A stretch of DNA of 64,000 nt from the human T2T-CHM13v2.0 reference genome, Homo sapiens. The DNA lies in the NCBI RefSeq assembly GCF_009914755.1, contig NC_060947.1; one strand, 5' to 3'. This document shows, one piece after another, positions 1 through 14,461 of the stretch; positions within the stretch are counted from its first letter, which is position 1, and every line of letters begins with the position of its first letter. Made by a program: the position numbers and the translations under genes. A model generated the notes under the pieces. The model had not been told where the DNA came from and did not search any database. It worked only from the letters and a program-made list of their open reading frames with translations.

Positions 1-120
1 AATGGTGAAATGGTCTACAACTGAGTTCTGTGTTTTTCCTTGTATGTGAAAATAAAAGCAGTTCAATTATCATCAGTATTTACTGTACCCGAGTCTAGGG
101 CCCACTTACTTGTAGCTTTT

Positions 121-414
121 TTTTTTTCTTGAGACAGAGTCTTACTCTGTTGCCCAGGCTGGAGTGCAGTGGCACGCAATCTTGACTCACTGCAACCTCC
201 ACCTCCCGGGTTCAAGTGATTCTCCTGCCTCAGTCTCCTGAGTTGCTGGGATTACAGGCGCACGCCACCACACCCAGCTAATTTTTTTGTATTTTTAGTA
301 GAGACGGGGTTTCACCATGTTGGCCAGGCTAGTCTCAAACTCCTGACCTCATTATCCACCGGCCTCGGCCTCCCAAAGTGCTGGGATTACAGGCGTGAGC
401 CACCACGCCCAGCC
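121..414 (-). mobile_element. Alu (AluS-like)
   Basis: Reverse-complement Alu body with poly-T; TSD ACTTGTAGCTTTT at 108-120 and 415-427. Confidence 0.93.
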
Positions 415-1649
415 ACTTGTAGCTTTTCATCAGAGATGCCAGAAGTGATTTCTTTCAGTCTCCAGCTTGAGATGGGGTATTAACTCCTAGTACTTATAGT
501 AATAAGTAGGTGTTATTTAAGTAAAAGAATCATTTATGCATAGCAACTTTGGCCTCTTTCTCTCCCGTGAGTGATGCATTGGTGTTTACAGAATATAAAG
601 ATGAAAATCTTCGTTAGATGAAGGGAGTCAAACTAGGTTAGTTCTTTAATGTTTTCATCAAGGAACAAGTTTATGGAGCAAGAGAGATAGCAACTGTCTA
701 TCCAACTTGCATCAGCTTACCAACCACACACATCCAATAACAAAAATCCCCCAAACTTGCCCTTCAGAGAAAAATCTTTTAACCCACTTTACTCTTGCAC
801 TGACATAGAAATGTGGTTAAGAAGTGAATGGTGGAAGAGACCAGAATATACTAACTTTCTTAAATGTCAGTTGGCTAGTATCCAACTGATAGTAATTTTA
901 GAGAAAGTAACTTTCTAAGCTTATTCTTTCTTAAGGTACTATAAGCTACACTCAAATATGTTTGAATGCCTTCTTACATTTTGGAACAGCCTGAGAGTCA
1001 CTTATGGAACCTTCTTAGAACATTTTTATGAAAGCTGTTGGGTTTGTCAAGGTTTATTTTAACTCAAAATACAATAATTTTATGAGATCACTTGTTAATA
1101 GCTAGTTGGCATTAGCAGTTGCACAGATAAACTCCTATTTGATCACTCCTTGACTATGGTTAGGATATACGATTTTCAGGTGGCATTTCTTTAATTACCC
1201 TGTGGATTGCTTGTTGCAATTTGACCCAATGTACATGACTTTTTTTTCTATTGGAAAATTAACTCTAGTGTTCATATATAATGTTTTACTGTGTACTTTT
1301 AATATGTGTTTTAAAACAAGATAGTGTATATTTCTTCTTCCCCCCAATTTAACAGATTTGTATTTTATAAACGTTTATACATATTTCCTTGGGGAAATGA
1401 CCTGCAGATAAGAAATAGATTTCTGTTTATGAGAAAACAATTATTTAAGCTTATGTGTCGTTTTCAGAAGCATTCTAAAATTGCCTTTTTAATTTGTGAG
1501 GAACTTTCTCAAACATGACCTTTCTAGTGCTGAATGAAAAGTCATTACCTGAAAATGACTCCCCAAAAAGCTGGAGATTATTTAACTTGTTGTGAGCCCC
1601 AGCATCATAAAAGTGAGATCTTTGTCTTGGAAAATAAACAGACTAAATC

Positions 1650-1922
1650 TTTTTTAAAAAGCTTTTATTTTAGGTTTAGGGGTACATGTGTAGGTTTGTC
1701 ATGTAGGTAAACTGCCTGTTGCAAGGGCTTGGTGTACGGATTATTTAGTTACCCAGGTAATAAGCATAGTACTTGATACCTAGTTTTTTTCTGCTCCTTT
1801 TCCTCCTCACACCCTCAACCCTCAAGTGGGCCCTGGTGTCTCTTGTTCCTCTCTATGTGACCATGAGTTCTCATCATTTAGCTTCTACTTATGAGTGAGA
1901 ACACGCAGTATTTGGTTTTCTG
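1650..1922 (-). mobile_element. 5'-truncated L1 (older L1PA-type 3' end)
   Basis: Reverse complement of an L1 3' UTR (gggtacatgtgtaggtttgt...gagaacacgcagtatttggttttc); near-perfect TSD ATAAACA(G/A)ACTAAATC at 1634-1649 and 1923-1938. Confidence 0.8.
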
Positions 1923-2319
1923 ATAAACAAACTAAATCACCGTACAAAACGTATTGAGATGTCCCTATGAGTCCCTCCCGCCTGTAGGGTTCTGTATCAT
2001 AGGATCCATGCACTCAACTTCATACATAAAGCAAGGACTTAAGGAGAGCTTCTCCAATACCACCTTTTGCACCATCGCTTTCTATTCAGAGATGACAGAG
2101 GCAGTATTTTAACAAGATTAAAGGAAAGTTTTAATAGCTTCATTTAAAAAGTTCTTGTTTTTCCACAGTATCACAACTGTTTTCATTTTTCATCCACCTG
2201 TTTGTTCTTTGTCCGTTTGACTAGTCGTTTTTATCATTGTAATCACGACATCCTGTGACTGTGCTCATGAGGTCTGTTTATTTCCACTTTACGTAAACTT
2301 TTCAAAATGACAGTTATTT

Positions 2320-2870
2320 CGTACTCGCTGTCGCCCGAACGCAGACGGGAGGACACTTCAGGAGCAATCGACCCGAAGGAAAAGCACGATCCAGGCCCCG
2401 CCTGCCTCGGCTCCACCTTCCCCGCGCCCGTCCCCCAGGGTCTCGGCCGCGGGACCCCGCCTTCCAGGCCCCGCCCCGCTTTTTCCCTGGCCCCGCCCCG
2501 GCCCGTCGCCATGTTGTTCCCTCCGCGCTGGACGGGAGCAGCTGGAGCGGGAGCCTGGCTGCGCTACCGCGGCTGCCTCCTGCTGTGCAGGTCCCCGACC
2601 CTCTCTCTGTCCTCATTGCGCCCAGACGGGCCGGCCCAGAGCTCCCGGGTCGTCTTTCGTGTGGCCGCGAGGTGAGCGGGACTCGGGACTCCTTCGGGAC
2701 CGGGCGGAGTGCGCGGGTGTCGGGGTCTGAGGGGGCGGCTCGGGCCTCGGGCAGCTGGGGCGGGGTGCGGTGCGCGCGGGGCTAGCGCGGGTCACAAGGC
2801 CGCCCCGGGAGAGAGGACGGCTGGTTGTCTCCCTGCCTCCTCTCTGACGCAGGAGGAAAGACGGTCCCCA
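2320..2870 (+). promoter_or_regulatory. RAB9A: RAB9A CpG-island promoter
   Basis: High GC/CpG density; GC boxes CCCCGCCCC at 2469-2477 and 2491-2499; YY1-type CGCCATGTT at 2507-2515; no clear TATA box. Confidence 0.88.
2511..2671 (+). other. RAB9A: RAB9A exon 1 (5' UTR; 5' end approximate)
   Basis: Ends at donor GAG|GTGAGC (2671/2672) inside the CpG island; TSS position inferred, not visible. Confidence 0.78.
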
Positions 2871-4319
2871 CACCCTTGGGGAGAGGGACTCACAGAAACA
2901 CACACAAACACTGGAGAAAGGGAGATACAAAAGCCCGGACACCCGTGCACATACACACGGAGAAATACACCCGGTCACCTGGGAACACACGTACACGCCA
3001 GCCTTTCCCCCAACCACTCCGGGACACACATCCACAGACCCCAAACCAAATCCTACACCCGAATGATTAATGTAGGGAAAACAAAGGCGCTCCCATGACT
3101 TGATTTTGGCGACCTCTGAAGTTCCACCTAGCAGAACGTGTTTGCTCGATGTCTTACGACCACTCGGGTGAGGAATTCGGAAAGTAAAGCCAATCTTAGA
3201 GGCTGCAGGCGTTTTGGGGGCATTATCTGATTCAGACGCTGGCTAACGTTTCACAATCGCGTTCCCTTTTTTCTTCCAACTTGGTAAGTAAAAAGGCAAA
3301 ATGAGAAATTTAAGTGCTGAACTTAATAAATAGTTGGTGGACGTATTGCTTTTTTTTTTTTTTGGTAAGGGATGACACATCTCGTGACTACAGTTCTTTT
3401 GAGGAATAACTTTTCTGCTAGTTTCCAAATCGGCACGTGACCACAATCTTTTCATAGGATTTTAGCGTCCTGATAAAAATCAATGGGCAGAATTTGATTG
3501 CTTCTTTAAAAATGTGTTTGTCCTTCGGTCTCTGGCACCATTGTAATGGAAAATCCCTACATTGCCTGTACTCTCAGAAGCTGTCCAGTGTAGCAAAACT
3601 AGAGATAAAGAAACCTGGAACGATTCAGTTAGGAACTTTTAAGAAGCCAGCCTTTAGTTTTTCCTTTAGAAGATTATGAAGTTATCATGATTGCTTCTCT
3701 AGAACTTTAGTAGTTATTTGGATTCCTAAATCTAAGACAATGCTGTGGCAGTCTGGTGCTTTTAGTATTTTTGTGTCTGCTGTGGTAAATTCCTCGTTTA
3801 TACTACAAAGTTTCTCTTCTGGAGACTTTTGGGATCTGGGCATATTTTTTCGTTTATTATTTGGAATGTTAGAGTAGATAGGCAAACACTAAGTAGAACA
3901 TCATTGGCTTTGACTCCAAGCCGGGTTTTAGAGATAAGGGAAATAATACCTTAGTGCTATCACTTCTTTTCCAACCTCTCTCATCTCTTTTTGTTTCTAT
4001 CTCAACCATTTCTTCTGTCTGGACTACAGTACTCTGGAGGCCTAAAGAGAAGATCCTTGAGTTCTCGAAATTATTTTTTTTTAGCCTCCCCTCATTTCTG
4101 ACCATTTATTGAGCACTCACTCTGCGGCGAATATTCCGTACGTGTAAATCCTGTACGTACATCATTTTATTTAATTTCCATAGCATTTCTTCAGTAAGAG
4201 CTCCATGTTACAGTTGAGGAATTTGGGGGGGCATAGGAAGGTTCAGTCTGTTTTCCAAGATGACCCAGGTTGTGATGGGGTGGAGCGGGGATTCAAAGCA
4301 GGTCTGGGTAATTTTAGAG

Positions 4320-4595
4320 TAGTAGTTTTCAACTGGAAGAGAGGACAATTTTGTCCTCGTAGGAGACATTTGGCAATGCCTGGAGGCATCTTTGGTTCAC
4401 ACCTGGGGGCAAGGGAGGTGCTGCTGACATCTAGTGGGTAGAGGCCAGGGATGCTGCTAAACATTCTTTTTTATTTTTATTTTTGTTATTTAATTTTTAA
4501 ATTTTGCTGCTAAACATTCTATAACCTACAGGACAGCCCCCCACAACAGAGTTGTCTAGCCCAAAATGTCACTAGTGCCACGGTTGAGAAACCCT
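4320..4595 (+). mobile_element. MER20 (hAT-Charlie) DNA transposon, interrupted by a T-rich insertion
   Basis: Characteristic MER20 segments ggagacatttggcaatg...ctagtgggtagaggccagggatgctgctaaacat...gttgagaaaccct. Confidence 0.85.
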
Positions 4596-4762
4596 CCTTT
4601 TCAGCAGTCCAAGTAACCCCAGAGCTTACATTTCAACTGCTTTTGTAGTTTTTCAAATGCAATGTCGTTTTCCTATTTGGGATACCTCATCATTTTAACA
4701 GTGAGCAGGGGAAAATTCTCTCTACTGAGAAGCATATTCACTTGAAAGATTAAAGAGTGAGT

Positions 4763-5137
<375 letters not shown>

Positions 5138-5345
5138 TTAGAGCTATTCAGAGCCATTAAAGTGGACTTAGAAAGTTTAGTTTCTGCATTATTTCAGTTG
5201 TCTGAGCAGCCTGTGGGGCACTGATACAAAGGTGCTGATGAGAAGGGCGGTGGGGAGTCCCAACCTTCCTGAAGCTTACAGTCCAATCACAGTCATAAGA
5301 TTAGGTTCTGACATCATCCTAGAACAGAATTTATTGCCTGGGCTA

Positions 5346-5713
<368 letters not shown>

Positions 5714-8700
5714 TAAAGAAAACAACTCCACACTCGGCACAGAAGTACCTGTGTCATGGTGTTTACTGTGGGCAGACTTAAATAAAATGGGGAAAACTTG
5801 ATGTGTGTGTTATAGTTTTGTACGGTTAACCACGTGTGAATATTTACAAGAATCAAATTGAGAAGCCATTCTTGTTGAGCATAAAATTCATCCTTAAATT
5901 TCACCTCACCAGACAAATAGTTATGCCTGCATTTTATCACTGGAATCGAGAAAGAAATGATGAATTTTTTAATGGCTTTTCCATAACTTTCTGGTGTTTC
6001 CTGGTCTCTTTTTCATGCCTGTCTAAGATCAGGCCTTTCAAAATATGTACTGCTTCATTCTGGTGGCAGTATTAACTGTTAGGTGAACTTTGGGAGGGAG
6101 TGGTTGACTGGAGCAGTCAAAAAGGATCGCATCTCTTTTTAGGCATCACTGAGTGTTATTCACGCAATCAACATGGCATCTTTTTGTCGGTAGCTTTGGC
6201 TTTTGACTCATGCCAATGCACAGCACGTTCTTTGCTGATGAATAGATTTCTCTGCCTCTTATCAGGAGTTGTCTGCTGTGGGGTAGGGAGGATGTTGAGT
6301 TACACACCTCAAAATGATTGCTAGTGCATACACATGGAATCTAACAAAAGTGACGTGTTTTATTCTGGGAAAGGTCGAGATAAATTGGTGCTAGAGTTGT
6401 CTTGTTTGATCATTAATTGGCTTGCTCCTCCAGCCAACTTAGGTCACCACATTTCCTTCTGGGTAAAATGAGATGGCTGTGCTTCATAATCTCTAGGAGA
6501 TTATATGTCACAAAGTAGAGGCAGCAAATTATTAGCTTCCAAGTAGTTCTGCCCAGGCAATGTGTTAGTTAAGCAGCAGGAGGAGGAAGTAAGCCAAATG
6601 GAAGTGTGTGTGTGTTTGGGCAACGCATCTAACTTGAAAGGTGTATAGATAATAGACTCTTCAGTCAGAACCAAGCATAAGAGAATAGGATTTGTGACTA
6701 AGTAGGCCATCAACAGAGAACATTTATTAAGGACTTTTTTGTAGAGGAGTGAGGGTGAACTCAAAAAATGTTTCAGGGAGTTTGGTGGAAAGCTATGATG
6801 CAATTGGAAGGCGAGGATGCCTGAGGGAGGAGACGTGGAGCCACCTAGGTGTGTAGGCAGAGGGGAGGGAGGTCGGAGGCGGTCCCAGGCCGTGTTGCCA
6901 GAGAGCCCAGGGGTGCCAGGGCTAGTTAGATAACTTGGAGGAGAAATCTCTGTTTCTCACCATGACTCTTGATACTGTGCATGTTGTGAAGCTGTGTGCT
7001 CTGGGTATTTCCACATTCTGGATTTTTCAAATCCTTTTGTTAATTTTTGACCATGGTGAGTTCAGGCGTTGTTATTATGTTGCTTATTATGAATACAGTG
7101 AGGATGACTAGGTGTAAATGAATGTAAGGTAACAGCTAGATCTGCCTGAGGTGGAGAGAGACTGGGTGTGTATTTTGGAAAAAAAATGGAGAAGTGAAAC
7201 AGGCTGTTCAGGCTTCACATTCTGGCTGCATGGAAGCCAGCTCATTGCATTCTCCAGGAGTTCTCTGGGAGTCTGTGGACACAGACTCCACTTTTGTCTT
7301 AGGCCTGACTCGTACAAACATATTCTGTTGTTTGACAGGGGATGGAGAAACACTATAGAACAACTGGACACATTCATTTCATTGCCACATTCTTTATTCA
7401 AGTGTGACAGAGAGCAAAACAGTATAAAGGAGTTGAACTGACTACTGTATTTTAATTTCAAGTTCCTGTGAATTGGATTAGATTTTTGGGTACAGAAGCT
7501 AAGGTAATTTCCAAAAGGTTAGTGTCCATAAGACTGTCTATGTTCTCAGAGTTAGAAAAACCTGGGGAAAAAAAAAGCCTTACAGACCTCTGTTTCTACA
7601 ACTTGCTGTGCAGAACTCTAACAGATAGGAGTGTTTATGCAGCTAGGTGACTGCTCTGGTCTGTGCAGTTTCACACCTGTGTATTTGATCAGATGTATAT
7701 ACCTGGAAATACATACATAATGTGGTTGGAAGTCAGATTAGAACTGCCTGAGGACTACCCATTGGTGAATGCAGAACATTCTTTGGAATGAGTGCTAGTA
7801 TTCTTAAATAACATTTAAAAATAGTTGTTTGGGAGCAAACAGTTGCCACCCTCATAATCCACTTTAATTTGTGCCCAGTACTTGATTTTTATCACAGCAG
7901 TCCTGGAAAACCTAGCTTCATGAAGATATGATGTCATCGAAAGGAATGCAGTGCAATCTAATTAACTCCCCTCCAGTGGGGTGCCCTACAAATGTCAAGT
8001 ATCTATGTTTCCCTCAGAAATTTAAAATAGCCCACCCTGCCCTTGTGAATTTGCCGTGATGCTTTGGGGCACCTCAGCATGCAGTTTGGGAACCTCAGGA
8101 TTAGAAGTTGGTATTATTGGCTCTAGTTTATGGACTACAAGGTATAGTGGTGAGGAGAAAAGGCATCAAAGTCCGTTTTTAATTCTCCATCCCCCCTTCC
8201 AGTATCTGTAAGCTTTTCCCTTGGGCCCCTCATTTCCCCCAGAGCTTTGCAGTTTTGGGATGCTACCCTTTTAGTTGCTAAGCTGACGGGAGGGACAGAC
8301 AGGAAAGAGACTGCAGTTCAGGTTTCCTGTGCAAATCGTCCCTCCAGCTCCACTTTCCTTTGTGCTTTCTCTCCATTTTCTGCTGGGTGCAATTCCTTAG
8401 GAAGTGGGTCTGCTAGGGTAGCACAGGGATGTGGGTCATGGAATCTACAGCCTTTCAGGGACCCCTCGAGCCTCCGGACCCGGCCTGTCTGGAGAAGTCT
8501 CGAGAAGTGCCCGTGTGCTGTTCAGTTCTTTTCCAGTTCTCTGGTGGGAATCAGCTTTCTCATTGTTGGCTGCTGCTTTCCGCATTAGGTTTCATTGTCT
8601 CTTCACTCTGTCACTCCCGGACCATTTGCTTTCCACTTTCTAAATTTTGTTGCTGTCTTGCATCTACAGTTGTTCTTTCTTGGTGTCCTTTTTGGATTTG

Positions 8701-9493
8701 TACCTTACGTAGACCTTTTCTGTCACTGGGTGGGAGTGAAGATAACACATACTTGACCTGCCCTATTTAGTTAGACCTGGGGAAGTTTGTGGACTTCTGT
8801 TTATTGATCTATAAAACATGGATGATAGTGTCCAACTTGCAGGTAATTTTAAGGTGCTATATGCCAGGTACCTAGTAGATATTCAGTTAATAGTGGCTGC
8901 TAATATAATTACAGCCATAGCATTTATTATTTGAGCAAGCAAGGCAATAGCAATAGGTAGTGCGAAAAGTGGACATATTTCATGTGTGGCTGAATGAAGT
9001 GCGTAAGAGAAAAGAAAGAGATTTTCGAAATGGAGAAAATAATTAGCTCAGTTTTAGATATGTTGAATTTGAACTACCATCAGGGTACCAGATGAACATA
9101 CTATACAAGGGGTTGCAAATTCTTGTCTGGCTCAGACATGCGGATGTAGACTTTAGGAATCACTGGTTTTTATAGCCCAGGGAGATACCATCTGGAAACA
9201 GGTAAGGGTTTCAGTCTCGTGAAATAGCTTCATGAAGAGCTTGTCAGGAAAGGGAGCTGTCTATGTTGAAGAAAGCTAAGGGGCCAAGGAGGAGAGAAAG
9301 CAGAACCTATTATCAGAGTGGTTTTATGGACAGTTAGGAAACATTTTCAAGAGGATTACTGCCAGGCTGTTTGGACCTGATAGAAGCAGTAATGGGTGGT
9401 AAGTCCTGGCTCAGACTTGAAGGTCTCCCCTGTGCCTCTAGCTAGATGTGTGATCCTGTGTAAGACACTTTCCCAGTTAGACCTGTTTCCTTA

Positions 9494-9856
<363 letters not shown>

Positions 9857-11312
9857 TCATGCACATTCAGACAGATGGCTACACCTGAGAGAATTCACTA
9901 TATACTAGCTGGGCCTCAGGTGGAGATGCTGGTCAAACTTGCAGGTGTTTTCTAGAAACATACACAATGAAGTCCTGAGAGAAGAACTTTTCCCTGTATT
10001 CACCTTAGGGTTGTATGTGCCGTAGGGCATTCAGATGAGGACTGAGAAAAAGCCATTGGATTGGCCATTAGGAGGTCTTTGGTGACTTTTGCTGACAATC
10101 AGGGGGAAAGGATGGGGTGGGAGCCCTGGTGTCCTATAAACTGAGCAGAGAGTTAATCAGGTTTGCAGGCACATTGAGAAATGGGTAGTGATGGGCAGAG
10201 TGAGGTTGGGCTTGGAAAGCTTTTTGTGAGAAAAGTCAGTTTCAACACTTCGATAGGGGCAGACCTGGGGGGATCATTGACAAAGTGACAGTTACATTGG
10301 ATAAACTGAACTTGATGAAGAGCTGCCTGCAGTGTTGAGCTGGTGACAACTTCCCTGCAGAGTGGTATTTGGGAGCCTCTAGTCTAGTCGAGTCCTATAT
10401 ACCGGACATAGCTGCCCCTCTTTAAATATATCTTCTTAGGAAATCCTCACTCCTTGTAATTAACTTCTCTAACAGTCGAGAAGTTTCCTTTTGCTGTGGC
10501 TCCATGCCTTGTGGAGCCCCTCACTCAGTGAGTTTGTATAGTTCCCCAACCCCTAGCTTTGTCTGCTGTAAATTAAAGACATTTGGTTTCTTATCGAACT
10601 GGAAGGGAGGCCTCAGAACCAATGTTTCTTTAGGTGATAGCAGAACGTTGCAGATCATTTTTGATTTGTGTTTTGCTGCTTTAATATATTTTTCTGACAT
10701 ATATGTTCAAATTCATTCCTTTCATAATTTGTTTTTCTTCCTGAAATATCTACCTTTAATTCCCCATGTTCTCATCTTGTGACTTTTATCTATGTCTTTG
10801 CATTTTAATTCTGTCTTCCAAAGTGCACTCTATTGTCAAAAAGTATTGTAAGTACCTTTTACAGGTAAGTGTCATCGCAGGTAGATTTATGCTTGGTTCT
10901 TAAAACTTAAGCAAAACAAAAAAAAATTATTCTCACTTCTCAGGACTAGCAGTTTCCCATGAGTAAGGCTGTTCACTGAACTATCACAGTTTATGGTCAA
11001 AGTGTGATATTCATAAAAGTCTCATGGGTGAGGGAGAAAAAGAGGAAATTCTGCTAAAGACAGAAACTCTTGAAGGGTGTTATGAGCTACAGAAATGGAT
11101 CACACATAACATACAAATGATGCAGGCATGTAGCAATCAGTTCTTGGTGTCCAAACTCCTTAAGATCTGATGAAACATTTTTTGTTCTTTCCAGAAAAAA
11201 AGCGCAAGCACACAAGCTTCCACCAATGCTCTCATCCTTATTTCACATGTGATTCTAGGGAGTGTATTTTCTCCCTGAAGCTCATTTCATGGACTCCCAA
11301 TTAACCACACTC

Positions 11313-11520
11313 TAGGCCTGCACTGTCCAACACAGTTCCCACTAGCCTCATGTAGCAATTTAAACTAGTTAAAATTAAATGAAAAATTCAGTTCTTCAGT
11401 TAGACCAGCTACTTTCCAGTGCTCAATAGCCACATGTGATTAGTGGCTACCATATTGGACAGTGCAGATTATAGAACATTGTCGTCATTGCAGAAGGGTC
11501 TGTTGGATTTTGCTGCACTA
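11313..11520. mobile_element. MER3-like DNA transposon
   Basis: ctgtccaa...gtgctcaatagccacatgtgattagtggctaccatattggacagtgcag pattern. Confidence 0.7.
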
Positions 11521-13261
11521 TATAGTTTCATGATGGTTTAAGATTTAGTTCCTTAACTAAGTCTTCTTTTTCTTTTTTTTCTTTTTTTTTTTTTTTTTTT
11601 TTGGCCCTTCTCACTTCCTCCTTTCCCACTCCCCCCACCACTGTTAGTGATTAGTTAACATACCTACAGAGGTGCCTTGTTTTAAGAAAAATGTTAACAT
11701 ATTTCTTAAAAGTTAAGTTAGCTGATTCAGCTTCAAAAAAAGTTACTTAATTGAAATAAGTTCTTTCAATAGGGGAGGTGCTCTGACATAGCGATAGTAT
11801 GGTTTGATAATACAGTTTTTCTCCTCTAGCTGCCTCCTGTTCTTGAGGTAATGCTCAGTGATTAACTAGATAGGACTAGATAATTTATTTCACCTTGGCA
11901 GGTCTTGCCTCCAAGTTGGCCTATTCCTATGGTATTTCCTTTTCTTTCTTTTGCTTCTTCCTGCACACTAAGTATGGTATTTTCTGACAGTATTTTTCTT
12001 AATTCTTTATTTATTTTTCTTGGTAATTTCTTGCTGTAGAGCTGGTACCCATTAGACATAATGACTTTCCTTGACTTGCTTCTTGCTCATAAATTTCTGT
12101 AAGACAATCAGGAAGTTTTTAGAAACAAACAGTGGAACCAATTAGGCTGTTAAGTGAGACACGCCTAAATTAAGCTATGAGGAAATAAATACAGCTCCAG
12201 CAAAAATAGAAATAATTTTCAGATTATCCATGCTTTTGTTTCCCTGGTTTTCTTTGAACCTCATTTCCTCAAGCTATGAAGTGAAATGAAGTGGTAAGTA
12301 CACCTCTAAGTAGGACATTCAGGGTGAATCCAAAGGAACTTGTGAATTTGACCAAAAAAAAAAAAAAAAATCTGTTCCTAAATTTAAACCAGGAGTGATA
12401 AATTCATTTTAAGTTTTTGGAGGGGTTACAGAGTATGTGTTTTAAAATCTCAAGTTTTGAGAAGGCAGTTTACAAATGATGCCTGCTCTCCCTTTGGCAG
12501 CTTATTAAGGAATGTAGTCGTTTTTCAGCATTTGCCAGCTCCCTGTCGCAGTCAGTCAATAGTACTTATTTTAAAGTGGGATTCTCATTGGGATTGCAAG
12601 TAAGAATCAATGTTTTTGTTCCTACCCACACATTTTAATAGACCTCAAAAATAGAATGCGGGGAGAACTGATAGAGAAACAAAGAATTTTAGGTACAGAA
12701 AGCACAAATAGAATAATAATAGAATAACAAGAATAAAAGAGGAAGTAATATACTCTTCGTTCTCAATGTAGCATTTATTTGCACCTCACCAAATGTAGAG
12801 CATTGTACGAGAAGTGGCAGAACAAAAAAGGGACAAGTGAATGGATGCAATTAGGTGTTGTGTGTCCCTCCCAGGGAGTTGACATTGTAATTAGGAAACA
12901 GACACATACACAACTGAAGGTGATTAGAGCATAAGTAAATGAGAGCTGTAAAGAGGTGGAAATGATGAGAGCAAAGAAAAGAGAAAGATTAGGTTGCTGG
13001 GGCGGTCCTGGCTTCCTACATGAGGTAATCTGGACTAGGCTTCTGATGACTAAGATTGTCATAGCTGTCGAAGTAGGGAGGGGCCTCCCAGGCCAAAGTA
13101 ACAGCCCGAGCAAAGATATGGACAGAAAATGCCAGTGATAGGTGCGGGGATGGTGAGTAGTAGGGATATAATTGGGACAGGCTTGTAACTGACATTGAAT
13201 AGCTCTTTGAATGCCATGCTCAAAATCCTGTATAATAAAAATAATAAATAAATGAATTTAG

Positions 13262-13639
<378 letters not shown>

Positions 13640-14163
13640 AGCAGATTTAAATTCTTGATGCTTGGACCTTGAGGCTTTCTATTCTTCCCCTTGGTTTATT
13701 GTAGGATGTGGCTTTGGAAGCCAGCAAGGGGTTGGAGAAGGCCAGAGAAAAGGGTACTACTGATAAACTATTCATGAACAATTGATAGTATAAGATAAAA
13801 GTACATAATGGAAAAGTTGGGAAAATAGTGTTATAAGAAGGAAAGGGTTAACATAAAATGTTCTTTTGTCTTTTGAATTTTGCCGTATCTGCTGGCAATG
13901 TGGTTCATTTGTTTTCCTGCCAGTGACCTGCTTATCCAACTTTACATTCGGATTAGTGTATGACACATACAGCATATGTTGGTACCGGCACGTGGTGTGG
14001 GAATCCTAAAGTAGTGTCTGTTGTACATGTAAATGATTTATTTAAAGGGATGCTGCTGAAGGGACAAGGAGAACATTTGTAGCTCTAGTAGTGTAAATCT
14101 AATTCTAGGGTCATATTTTTAATTCTCAGGAGATTTGCACATATATTTTCACATACAGTAAAA

Positions 14164-14461
14164 ATTTTTTTTTTTTTCAAGGTAGGGTCTCACTCTGTCA
14201 CCCAGGCTGGAGTGCAGTGATGTGATCACAGCTCACTGCAGCCTTGACCTCCCCAGGCTCAGGTGATCTTTCTACCTCAGCCTTCTGAGTAGCTGGGACT
14301 ACAGGCATGCGCCACCATGTCCAGCTAATTTTTGTATTTTTTGTAGAGATGAAGTTTTACCATGTAGCCCAGGCTGGTCTCAAACTCCTGAGCTCAAGTG
14401 ATCTGCCTGCCTCTGCCTCCCGTAGTGTTGGGTTTACAGGCGTGAGCCATGGCGCCTGGCC
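14164..14461 (-). mobile_element. Alu (AluJ-like) inserted in an old L1M fragment
   Basis: Reverse Alu body; the flank at 14462-14860 resembles an L1M 3' region on the - strand. Confidence 0.87.

Noticed and set aside
2243-3098. Several overlapping 66-143 aa ORFs on both strands
   Set aside because: Expected from stop-codon scarcity in a GC-rich CpG island; no recognisable protein features. Only the ATG-2511 uORF was retained
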